Positions 1 to 8,382 of a stretch of DNA of 26,602 bases are shown one piece after another (the first letter of the stretch is position 1; every line of letters begins with the position of its first letter). Both the position numbers and the translations under genes were made by a program. Source of the stretch: a virus (taxonomy: Duplodnaviria > Caudoviricetes); IMG/VR virus record IMGVR_UViG_3300017761_004947, positions 1-26,602 of that record; one strand, 5' to 3'. The notes under the pieces were generated by a model. It worked only from the letters and a program-made list of their open reading frames with translations. It was not told the origin of the DNA and made no database searches.

Positions 1-324
1 ATAACTACCCGTTTCGGTTGGGATAAACCAAAATTCAAATTTAATTGCATATAAATCACCTCCCCAATGTGGTGTTCCGGTTGAACCATTACACATAGTT
101 GCAAGTGGAACTTCACCGGTATGTGTTATAGTTGTATTTGAGTTTGCCGTATTTAACATATTGTCAAATTCGGCTGCAGTATATGGAAATTGCCCATACT
201 GATTCAAAGCAGCAGTTCCGTTATGTGTCTTATAAGAGGTATAATTAACATAACCCACTCCTGATTGAGAGTAGGTTATGAATGATAATATTGTTAAGAG
301 GAATGTAACTAATAATTTTTTCAT
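1..324 (-). CDS. Secreted protein with probable PA14 domain (partial, runs off left edge; absent from ORF track)
   Basis: ATG at 324 overlaps the upstream stop (TAATG); open for 108 codons: MKKLLVTFLLTILSFITYS|QSGVGYVNY...WGGDLYAIKFEFWFIPTETGSY; Sec signal peptide; the FWFIPTETGSY stretch resembles the PA14 'F.P.ETG.Y.F' motif. Confidence 0.75.
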   Translation of the reverse strand, partial: MKKLLVTFLLTILSFITYSQSGVGYVNYTSYKTHNGTAALNQYGQFPYTAAEFDNMLNTANSNTTITHTGEVPLATMCNGSTGTPHWGGDLYAIKFEFWFIPTETGSY

Positions 325-1997
325 TATTCAACTATTAAATTGATTTTGTTACCACTACCATCTACGGCATCTGAGAGAACAAAGTAAAATAAACCTGCTG
401 TGTTTGTTAATGGTGACTTCGGTGTAAATATTAATTTATATGGAGTACCTGTTTTGATTCTTGCAGTTTTCAATTGGTCCATTGAACCAAATGTTAATCT
501 ACCATTGTTGTGTGTAGAAAAGTTTGTAATAGTAGAACCTGCATCGAATATCACATTATCCAAAGTTAATTTAGATTCGTCATAATTCATAATCACTTCT
601 AATCCAGCTAATCCTTCTTTTGTTAAATTAGTTGTTAATACCACCTTACCACCTTCTAATGTAGAGGATACACTTAATTTAGCGTTTTCCAATACCGGTG
701 GAGTATATGCCATTGATTTTATTGACATTGATTTATTAACTCCAACCTCATCATTACCTTTAATTGAATTTGCGTAATTACCAGTTGCTATTCTACTTGC
801 TATTTCGGTTAGAGAAGATGAGTGAGAAAAATCTAAATCACCATTCCAAGCAAAAACCATATCTACGACCTGTGTTGGTGTTGTTACTGTTGTTATGTAC
901 TTATTTGTGCCATCTAACCATCCTTGATTTAATAATGAACTACCATAACGAAGTGATGTTGCAGTAGATGATGGAATATATGCTTTTGTACTCATATCTA
1001 TACCCATCACATGTGAAAATAGGTAATAGGCATCTGTCTCATTATAAGTACCTGTACCTGCACCATCATCTTTAGATACATTGGCCATTAATAGTTCTCG
1101 ATTATATTTAAAAAAGTTTTTTGTACCACCAATATCAGTTTGGGCAATACCTAAAAATACTTTATATGCATCAGATACTGTTATAATATTATTCATCCAT
1201 GCCTTACCATTTGGTGGACTTACCATTAATCCAATCGTATCGCCAACTTTAATTTCAGTAGTAAATGTTGCTTCACCACTTGCATCTAATTGTTTAAATG
1301 CTAATGGGGGTTTAGTCCAATCAACATCAGTTTTAGTTGCGTTTAATTGTAATAATGAAATTCCGTGGTCTGCAATAGTATAACCGGTTGGAAACAATAC
1401 CCTCACTTTAAATGAAGATGCCCCACCTCTCACTGTCCCTAATGAAATTGTACCAGGATTTGTGGTGATTGGAGTGATATACTCACTTGTAGCATTGATG
1501 GAATACGCTAAATCTAATTTATGAATATTGGTATAATCGGATAACTCTTTGATTATATATTTTTGAGTTGCTATATCACCATTGATTGATGCATCGGTTC
1601 TTTGTACCGTCAATTGTCCTGCGTTCCAATCTGCATTGGCCACATAACCCCACGGAGTTGCTAAATATTGTGCATATAAACTTGTAGCGGTAATACTATT
1701 TGCAGTACTTGCTGTAAATTTATACCCAGTCCAACCGGTATAGAATGTTTGTACTGAAGACCCTTGTGAGAACGCAGTAGAAACATATGATAATGCTTTA
1801 TTATTGAATTGGTATCTTAACCAAAAATAACGAGGTGTTGTTGTACCTTTATCAACTGTATATTTTACCGAAAGAGTATCACCAACTTTTAAATTTGAAG
1901 TGGGTGAGAACGATTGATTAATTGTCAATTGTGCTTGTGTTGTAAATGTTAATAGGGACATAACTAGTATCCCTAAAAATATTAATAGTTTTTTCAT
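324..1997 (-). CDS. Secreted protein with cohesin-like domains and a dockerin-like (EF-hand-type) segment
   Basis: Signal peptide MKKLLIFLGILVMSLLTFTTQA|Q; N-terminal beta-sandwich (KVGDTLSVKY...RYQFNNKALSYVS); dockerin-like NNIITVSDAYKVF...ANVSKDDG..NETDAYYLFSHVMG...GDLDFS; C-terminal cohesin-like LAGLEVIMNYDESKLTL...GRLTFG...SDAVDGSG. Confidence 0.65.
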   Translation of the reverse strand: MKKLLIFLGILVMSLLTFTTQAQLTINQSFSPTSNLKVGDTLSVKYTVDKGTTTPRYFWLRYQFNNKALSYVSTAFSQGSSVQTFYTGWTGYKFTASTANSITATSLYAQYLATPWGYVANADWNAGQLTVQRTDASINGDIATQKYIIKELSDYTNIHKLDLAYSINATSEYITPITTNPGTISLGTVRGGASSFKVRVLFPTGYTIADHGISLLQLNATKTDVDWTKPPLAFKQLDASGEATFTTEIKVGDTIGLMVSPPNGKAWMNNIITVSDAYKVFLGIAQTDIGGTKNFFKYNRELLMANVSKDDGAGTGTYNETDAYYLFSHVMGIDMSTKAYIPSSTATSLRYGSSLLNQGWLDGTNKYITTVTTPTQVVDMVFAWNGDLDFSHSSSLTEIASRIATGNYANSIKGNDEVGVNKSMSIKSMAYTPPVLENAKLSVSSTLEGGKVVLTTNLTKEGLAGLEVIMNYDESKLTLDNVIFDAGSTITNFSTHNNGRLTFGSMDQLKTARIKTGTPYKLIFTPKSPLTNTAGLFYFVLSDAVDGSGNKINLIVE

Positions 1998-2653
1998 TTT
2001 TTTTGTTGTTTTTCTATTTGAATTACCAATGATTCACATGCTTTTTTAATAGCATTACTTAAACTCTGTTGATTGAATTTACCACCCTCATCAACTATTA
2101 GTGTAGACATTGAGACTCCAGATGAACCCGCTTCTACTACAATATCTTTTCCTTTTTTACCTTCTTTAAAAAGATTTGCTTTTAAGCGAACAACAACTTC
2201 ATCTTCATTTTTATGAAATACCGAAATGTTTGTTTTAGTTGTTAAGACATCTAAGTAAACAATTTCAACTTTTAATCTATATTTGGCTGATTCAGATAAC
2301 CCATATCCCTTTTCTTGTAAAAACTCTTCTAAGATATTTTTTACACCAAAAGCTAGATTACGATTTCCTGCTAACTTACCAATTTTAACCTGATTTTCTA
2401 CGGATTCAACAAAAATATGGTCTTCTGGAACATACCATATATTTTCGGGTGAGTTTTTGAATGTACCATCGATTCTCCATTCAATCCAATTTACAACATC
2501 TCTTTGTAATTCATCTTTACCAGAGAATTCTAAATAAACAAAGAATAGTTGGAATGCTAGAGCGAAAAAAATCCATGCACCTACTACGGTCAAAAGTGCA
2601 TTTAGTGCGTAACTATGTAAATTACGGCGTAAACTCTGAATTACCTGTTTCAT
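1994..2653 (-). CDS. Membrane-anchored protein, possible CsgG/TolB-N/LptE-like alpha/beta fold
   Basis: N-terminal hydrophobic helix (LNALLTVVGAWIFFALAFQLFFVYL); then IFVESVEN-helix(LAFGVKNILEEFLQEKGY)-beta strands-terminal helix (SLSNAIKKACESLV); fold call is pattern-based only. Confidence 0.45.
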   Translation of the reverse strand: MKQVIQSLRRNLHSYALNALLTVVGAWIFFALAFQLFFVYLEFSGKDELQRDVVNWIEWRIDGTFKNSPENIWYVPEDHIFVESVENQVKIGKLAGNRNLAFGVKNILEEFLQEKGYGLSESAKYRLKVEIVYLDVLTTKTNISVFHKNEDEVVVRLKANLFKEGKKGKDIVVEAGSSGVSMSTLIVDEGGKFNQQSLSNAIKKACESLVIQIEKQQKK

Positions 2654-2721
2654 ATAATACCTTTTTTTTAATTGAAAACTAAAACTAAAAAAATAACCTA
2701 TTTATGAAACGTGTTCTTGCT

Positions 2722-2730
2722 AATAAGTAT
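2722..2730 (-). promoter_or_regulatory. Putative promoter element ATACTTATT upstream of the exported-protein operon
   Basis: Variant of the ATATTTATA element seen at 18172-18180 and 25047-25055; lies just after the terminator in a 100 bp intergenic gap. Confidence 0.35.
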
Positions 2731-2740
2731 TATTCAAAAA

Positions 2741-2766
2741 CAAAAAACCTCATTGTTAAATGAGGT
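2741..2766 (-). terminator. Intrinsic (rho-independent) terminator closing the glycosylation operon
   Basis: Minus strand ACCTCATT-TAAC-AATGAGGT (perfect 8 bp stem, 2766-2747) followed by TTTTTGTTTTT; the stop codon of the 297 aa ORF is in the loop. Confidence 0.75.
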
Positions 2767-3649
2767 CTTGTAATTCTTGATTAAAATTTTCTTCAGATAT
2801 CTTTTTAAATTCATCTCGTTTATCAAAAGCACTGAGATGATTTAATAGATGTGAATTATTTCGGTATTTATAATTTTCACAAATTACTAAATTTTTTATT
2901 TTAAATTGATGTATTTCCATATCAGTAGTTGTCATCAATTTTTCTGCTGCCCACATTATAAATGTATCTTCAAATCCATAATGACTAAATGTTTCCGGTA
3001 TCCCAATTCTTCGTAATAATTGTGCAGATAAACAAGTAAACCAACCTCCATTAAATTTATATTTTGGTTGATTATCTATTACATTATTAACTATTTCTAA
3101 TGTAACCTCTCCTTTAACTCCACAATCTATATATGGATTATTTGTAAGATGATAATCTAATGGTTTTGTTAAATACTTTTCGTTAACTAAGCAATCCCAT
3201 GTGGAATCACCAACTCTAACAATCTCCGGCGTTATAATAGTATATGGATATACATCATTAATTGCTATTAGGGTTTCCTCCATATAAGATAAAGTTTTTT
3301 CATCAAATATGATATCACTATCCAACCAAATATAATAATCTGCAGTTTCTTGAGTTTCTAATGTATGTCTTCTATGTGATACACATCCTTTTATATCTTC
3401 AGATGCGGTGAAGTATTTTGCACACCAATCACTATGTGCTGATAATTTTAATAATTTATCAATAAAATAACTTTTTGGTAACGCAGAACGTTTCCAATCA
3501 ACCATATCATTTGCAATACACATACTCACATCTAACACCCATTCGTGTTTTCCACTTAGGTGTTTTGATGCACGTCTTAATTGAGTTAGTAGGGTTTCTA
3601 AATCATCAATTTCATGCGGTAAAGTAAATATCGATATTACTATCCTCAT
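2756..3649 (-). CDS. GT-A fold glycosyltransferase-like protein (paralog of 3646..4545)
   Basis: DxD motif YYIWLDSDIIFD; GGWFTCLS and HYGFEDTF resemble GT2/GT7 C-terminal motifs. Confidence 0.65.
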   Translation of the reverse strand: MRIVISIFTLPHEIDDLETLLTQLRRASKHLSGKHEWVLDVSMCIANDMVDWKRSALPKSYFIDKLLKLSAHSDWCAKYFTASEDIKGCVSHRRHTLETQETADYYIWLDSDIIFDEKTLSYMEETLIAINDVYPYTIITPEIVRVGDSTWDCLVNEKYLTKPLDYHLTNNPYIDCGVKGEVTLEIVNNVIDNQPKYKFNGGWFTCLSAQLLRRIGIPETFSHYGFEDTFIMWAAEKLMTTTDMEIHQFKIKNLVICENYKYRNNSHLLNHLSAFDKRDEFKKISEENFNQELQDLI

Positions 3650-4545
3650 TTATTATTCAATATATTTTGTAAACCGATATAAAATAATTCTTCGTTATAT
3701 TTTTTATACTCTTCGCGTTTATCTATAAATTGTATCTGTCCTTTATAAGTAGTTATCCTATCAAAATAATTTTCACAAACAACTATATTTTTTAATTTGA
3801 ATTGTTTTATGGTGGGGTCTTCCAATATATTTGCACCCCACATTAAGTAAGTATCATCCAATCCATAGTGTCCATAGTTTTCTGGAAATGGAATTGCCTT
3901 CATTAATTCTTTTGAAATTAATGCAAACCACCCACCACCAAATTTCATATATGGTTGGTGATGAACATTATTTCTAACCTCTTCCAATTTTGGGTCAACC
4001 CCATCACCAATAATGGTATCTATATATGGATTATTAGTTGCCTGATATCCTATTGGTTTAGTTATAAATCTTTCGTTAACCAAACAATCCCACGTGGAAT
4101 CCCATTGTCTGACTATTTCTGGAATTGATACAAATTTAGGGAATCCTGCATACTCAATTACATCTATTGAATTGATTGAATGTGCTAGGGTTAGTGGGTC
4201 AAAGATTATATCAGTATCTAACCACAAATAATATTTTGAATCAGAATACGATGCTAATCTTCGCATTGAGGTACAACCATTTATAGTAGTTGTAGTTTCA
4301 AATACCACGCTTCCTGCCCAATCCGTTAGTGGTTTTAATCCTAAAAACTTTTCAGTACATTCTTCTTTGGTAACACTACTTTTACTCCAATCAATTATCT
4401 CATCAGACACACACATAACAATATTAAATTTAATATTATCACATTGTTCTTTTGTTAGATAATCCTTTCCAATATGTAATCGATTTAATGATTTTTCTAA
4501 ATCATCAATGTCGGTGGGTGATATCCAAATTACAATTTCTATCAT
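3646..4545 (-). CDS. GT-A fold glycosyltransferase-like protein (paralog of 2756..3649)
   Basis: YYLWLDTDIIFD, GGGWFALIS, HYGLDDTY. Confidence 0.65.
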   Translation of the reverse strand: MIEIVIWISPTDIDDLEKSLNRLHIGKDYLTKEQCDNIKFNIVMCVSDEIIDWSKSSVTKEECTEKFLGLKPLTDWAGSVVFETTTTINGCTSMRRLASYSDSKYYLWLDTDIIFDPLTLAHSINSIDVIEYAGFPKFVSIPEIVRQWDSTWDCLVNERFITKPIGYQATNNPYIDTIIGDGVDPKLEEVRNNVHHQPYMKFGGGWFALISKELMKAIPFPENYGHYGLDDTYLMWGANILEDPTIKQFKLKNIVVCENYFDRITTYKGQIQFIDKREEYKKYNEELFYIGLQNILNNK

Positions 4546-5033
4546 ACTAATTCTGCTACTTTTGCCATTTTACCAAATACAGATATTGTATTCTGACCAA
4601 CCAATGGTAAATTATCAGTTAACATAACCAATTGGTCTTTATCTATTATATATTTGTATTCATCTTTTATCTGCACTGATTCTCCTTTACTCTTTTTATT
4701 TTTAATATAATTGATAAAGGTATTAGGGTTACTCCCCCATGTAATATTACCAATTCTAATAATGTTATAATTTTCAAAATTAGATTTAACTAATAACTCC
4801 ATTCTTAGTTTGTGTTGTAAGTATTTGTTACTATCTACCTTTTGGTTATCATCAACTGTTATGGAACTGAAATAGAATAAACACTTTGTTCTATCTTGTT
4901 TATCTAACAATTCAATTTCACGCATAAATTCAGATTCTCTTGTTTCATTACTATTAGAAACACCCGATGCAAAAAAGATTGTCCCCTCTCTATCATTTAA
5001 GACAGATGCAATATCACCTTTACCTACAATCAT
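4542..5033 (-). CDS. Short NAD-dependent epimerase/dehydratase-like (atypical SDR) protein
   Basis: MIVGKGDIA degenerate Gly motif, FASGVSNS, YFSS, YxxxK (YLQHK), IIRIGNI. Confidence 0.6.
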   Translation of the reverse strand: MIVGKGDIASVLNDREGTIFFASGVSNSNETRESEFMREIELLDKQDRTKCLFYFSSITVDDNQKVDSNKYLQHKLRMELLVKSNFENYNIIRIGNITWGSNPNTFINYIKNKKSKGESVQIKDEYKYIIDKDQLVMLTDNLPLVGQNTISVFGKMAKVAELV

Positions 5034-5827
5034 TATTTATATAAATTTTTAATTTGATTTTTAAGATACGGGTCTCTATCGTATTGATGTACTATTACAA
5101 ACTCCTCACCTTTTTGATTATAAAACTTACCATCTTTATATGTTGGAGTTGGTTCTAATAATGGAATTTCATTTTTCTTAATCCAAACTGTCCCCAATTG
5201 AGTTGCAAATCCTTCTTCTTGTGATACAAACTGAACTGAGTTTTTAAAATGGTCTAAATGGATTAAAACATTATATGCTGCTTGGTCTGAAAGTTGTTCT
5301 GGATTTGCAGTTGTTTTACTCCATCTATAAATTTCAATAAATAGGTCTCTAATTGCATTCCTTTTTCCAACAATAGTTCCTGCACAATAACTGATTTGGT
5401 TTTTCATTCCATACTCCCACTCCATTGGAAACGTTGTTCCACTATTGATACAAGTCCACGATTCGTTTTGCATTATCATACATTCTGAAAATGCTAATAT
5501 ATTACCCTTCATCTGATTATTCAACCATTCCGTTGGGTCTTTTTGAAATACCACATCTTTTACATCAGTCCAAATGATTATATCGGTTTCATATGATTGT
5601 AAAAGTGCATACATATCTCTAAATCTTTGTAAGATAATGTGTTCTTGTAATTCAGATTGAAATACTATCCAACCTTTCTTTGTAAGATATTCTATAACAT
5701 CCTTAGATACTTCATAAATTAACATTACTTTCTCACCTGTGAATCCGCTTTTCTCAATTGATTCAACATATGGTCTAATATCATCTATTCCGTATTTGGT
5801 TATACAACCTACTATTGTGTATTTCAT
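5033..5827 (-). CDS. Glycosyltransferase-like protein (GT-A fold)
   Basis: IIWTDVKDVVFQKDP, YCAGTIVG, SDQAAYN, IVHQYDR motifs typical of nucleotide-diphosphosugar transferases. Confidence 0.6.
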   Translation of the reverse strand: MKYTIVGCITKYGIDDIRPYVESIEKSGFTGEKVMLIYEVSKDVIEYLTKKGWIVFQSELQEHIILQRFRDMYALLQSYETDIIIWTDVKDVVFQKDPTEWLNNQMKGNILAFSECMIMQNESWTCINSGTTFPMEWEYGMKNQISYCAGTIVGKRNAIRDLFIEIYRWSKTTANPEQLSDQAAYNVLIHLDHFKNSVQFVSQEEGFATQLGTVWIKKNEIPLLEPTPTYKDGKFYNQKGEEFVIVHQYDRDPYLKNQIKNLYK

Positions 5828-6606
5828 TATAACTTTCTAATTTCTTCTATATCTTTTAAATAGTTTACAATTTCAAACTCACTCCAATCTTTATCAATCC
5901 AACCCTGTTTTACCATCCAGGGCTCTACTAATTGTTTATTTATTACAATTCTACTTCCCGAACATTGTATAATTATTTGTAAAATACAATCTGACCAACC
6001 AATTAATTTTGTAAATTTTGCTATTTCATCATATTTTTCCCATAATTCATCTTTACAAAATTCCCAACCTCTTATAAAAGCCTGAACATTAATAATACAT
6101 CCACCACAACAACCATACTTATTATCCGTTATATTTCCACCAAATGATTTAATAAAATTTAATATAGCGGATGGTATTGGATTATTTGTAGTTACTATAC
6201 TTGCACCGAATTCATCATTTAATATAGAAATTGGTTTTAATATAAAAACATCTTCTTCTAAAATAATCATATATTTGGATGTTGTTCTTAAACATGCATC
6301 ATATATTCCATTTAACCATTCAAATGCATTTTCTTTTGGCCAATGAGTTCTAAAATTTTCATCACCTGATGGGTTATTATTTGAGTAATCTCCAAAAATA
6401 CCACATCTTCCAACTTTTATTGAATTAATCTTTATACTTCCATTATATTTATTTGATATTTTGGTATAACCATCAACATCACCACCCACATCTATTGTTA
6501 AAAATAAATCAGAGTCTGGATAAAATTTTCTAAATGTTTCTACTGATTTTTCTCCTGCTTCTATATTTTGGTATCCCCATAGGTACGCAGATAATTCATT
6601 TTTCAT
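5827..6606 (-). CDS. Putative glycosyltransferase (GT-A fold)
   Basis: SVETFRKFYPDSDLFLTIDVGG, KYMIILEEDVFI acidic motif, GCCGGCII, WSD. Confidence 0.55.
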   Translation of the reverse strand: MKNELSAYLWGYQNIEAGEKSVETFRKFYPDSDLFLTIDVGGDVDGYTKISNKYNGSIKINSIKVGRCGIFGDYSNNNPSGDENFRTHWPKENAFEWLNGIYDACLRTTSKYMIILEEDVFILKPISILNDEFGASIVTTNNPIPSAILNFIKSFGGNITDNKYGCCGGCIINVQAFIRGWEFCKDELWEKYDEIAKFTKLIGWSDCILQIIIQCSGSRIVINKQLVEPWMVKQGWIDKDWSEFEIVNYLKDIEEIRKL

Positions 6607-6609
6607 AAC

Positions 6610-7266
6610 TTATATTTTTTCGAAATAACCACCCACTTTAAATTTAGTAATTCCATTTATTGATTCTGCTTCGTTTGGTACAAATTTAGCCGGGTCTACT
6701 AAACGAAAATCAACCGATACTCTTGTTTGACCACTATGATTGTTTTTATTACCATGATATAAATTTGCACCACTAAATACTAAAATTTCACCATAGTTTA
6801 CTTCGTATGGTTGGTAATCACCTTTATCTGCTTTACTTTCCATCCAAATAGTGTTTTGTTCGTTGGTATTTACAAATGGCATCCAAAAATTTACTTCTGA
6901 TGTTCCATGATTATAAGTACTATCTTTATGCCATTCACCCACTCCTAAATTACCTTCTGCTAATTGAACTCTGAATGTTGGGATAACTTGATAAATAATT
7001 TCATCATATCCAAATCTTTCTTTAAGTTCTTTAATCAATTCTAAATAAGTAGGTAAGAATTCCTCTTTATATTTTTCGTAATATCTTTTATGCCAAATTG
7101 TAAATTGGTCTTTTTCTCTAACAAATAAATCATAATGTTCCAATGTATGTAAATTTTCTAATGGGATAGTATCTCCTTCCCATACTTCTAATATTTCTGA
7201 AACTATTTTTCTAAAATCGTACTTTTGTATATCGTAACTGATTTTGTAAGGTGTTTGTAAATACAT
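6610..7266 (-). CDS. StrG-like Fe(II)/2-oxoglutarate dioxygenase
   Basis: IYQVIPTFRVQL...WHKDSTYNH..EVNFWMPF...LYHGNKNN.SGQTRVSVDFR: HxD...H iron triad and RxS; matches my recollection of the StrG family pattern. Confidence 0.7.
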   Translation of the reverse strand: MYLQTPYKISYDIQKYDFRKIVSEILEVWEGDTIPLENLHTLEHYDLFVREKDQFTIWHKRYYEKYKEEFLPTYLELIKELKERFGYDEIIYQVIPTFRVQLAEGNLGVGEWHKDSTYNHGTSEVNFWMPFVNTNEQNTIWMESKADKGDYQPYEVNYGEILVFSGANLYHGNKNNHSGQTRVSVDFRLVDPAKFVPNEAESINGITKFKVGGYFEKI

Positions 7267-7294
7267 AATTTATATTTTAATATTGTTTAATAAC

Positions 7295-7948
7295 TTATTC
7301 ATGTCTTTCTAATTTAAAAAAAGGATTATTACCTGTCCAATATATTTCATCTAATATTATATTTATATTTTCTTTACCTATAAATTTTTCCAAAGATGGT
7401 AATATATTATGCATTCCGGTAATTTTACCACCAACAGGATTTATTAACATATCTTCACATGCTGATATAAATGGTTCTAAAAATTTATAATCAAACGCAT
7501 AAAAAGTATCGGTTGTGAATTTCCATTCTTCGTTCCACCAAAGATATTCCTTAAATAAAAAATTAAATTTATCATAGTGTAGATTACCTAATGATAGTGG
7601 GTTTTGTAAAAATCGCAAATCAAATCTTGTTGAAATAACAAAGTCCAATTCTTTATTTTTTAATAATTTTAATCCTGCAATATAGTTATCATTCAATGGA
7701 TATCCTATTGATGTATTTACTTCACTTATGGGCATTAAATAATATTCCTTTGGATTATATATATCTAACATTTCTTTTGTTTTAATACTATCGTATGTAT
7801 ATAAATAAATCTCAACATCATGTCCTTGTTCAATTAAAGGTTGCGTTATAAATTTACTAAAAGAAGGATATGAATCCATAAAATATCTGTATCTTCCGCG
7901 ACTACCATCGTTATATGAAACTCCTACTAAATTAATTCCTATTTTCAT
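7295..7948 (-). CDS. Putative glycosyltransferase-like protein
   Basis: MKIGINLVG start, VEIYLYTY, DFVISTRFDL, TTDTFYA; pattern shared by proteins found in glycan clusters. Confidence 0.5.
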   Translation of the reverse strand: MKIGINLVGVSYNDGSRGRYRYFMDSYPSFSKFITQPLIEQGHDVEIYLYTYDSIKTKEMLDIYNPKEYYLMPISEVNTSIGYPLNDNYIAGLKLLKNKELDFVISTRFDLRFLQNPLSLGNLHYDKFNFLFKEYLWWNEEWKFTTDTFYAFDYKFLEPFISACEDMLINPVGGKITGMHNILPSLEKFIGKENINIILDEIYWTGNNPFFKLERHE

Positions 7949-8382
7949 TTTTTATATTTTTTTATGTAATCCGAACAAATTCCAATACAATTATCTAAAT
8001 TATCATTATGAATTTCGGGCATTACTGCTATACTTCCTTTAATTGGTTGTTTACCAGGATATACCCACATCCACCCATTTGAAGTTAAAGTCATAACATC
8101 ATTTTCATGCCAAAAATAATTAAAACCATCAAACGAATTAAACCATTCCATTGCTTCTATATTTTTACAATGTATCCATAAACTATAATGTCTATCATTT
8201 AACCATTGTTGTGTTATAGCATATTGAGGTTCATCATGACCTAATAATAGGATACCTTCTATCATCCAAATATCAATTTCTACATTGTATCCGGCATGAA
8301 TAGCTTCATCAATATAATCAGGATGATTTTCTCTTTCTATAATTCTACCATCTACATTTCCTCTATGTGATATTAGTATCAT
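7945..8382 (-). CDS. Minimal GDPD/PLC-like phosphodiesterase
   Basis: ISHRGN, EN, VEIDIW, LGHD, WIHCKN, GICSDY. Confidence 0.75.
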   Translation of the reverse strand: MILISHRGNVDGRIIERENHPDYIDEAIHAGYNVEIDIWMIEGILLLGHDEPQYAITQQWLNDRHYSLWIHCKNIEAMEWFNSFDGFNYFWHENDVMTLTSNGWMWVYPGKQPIKGSIAVMPEIHNDNLDNCIGICSDYIKKYKK

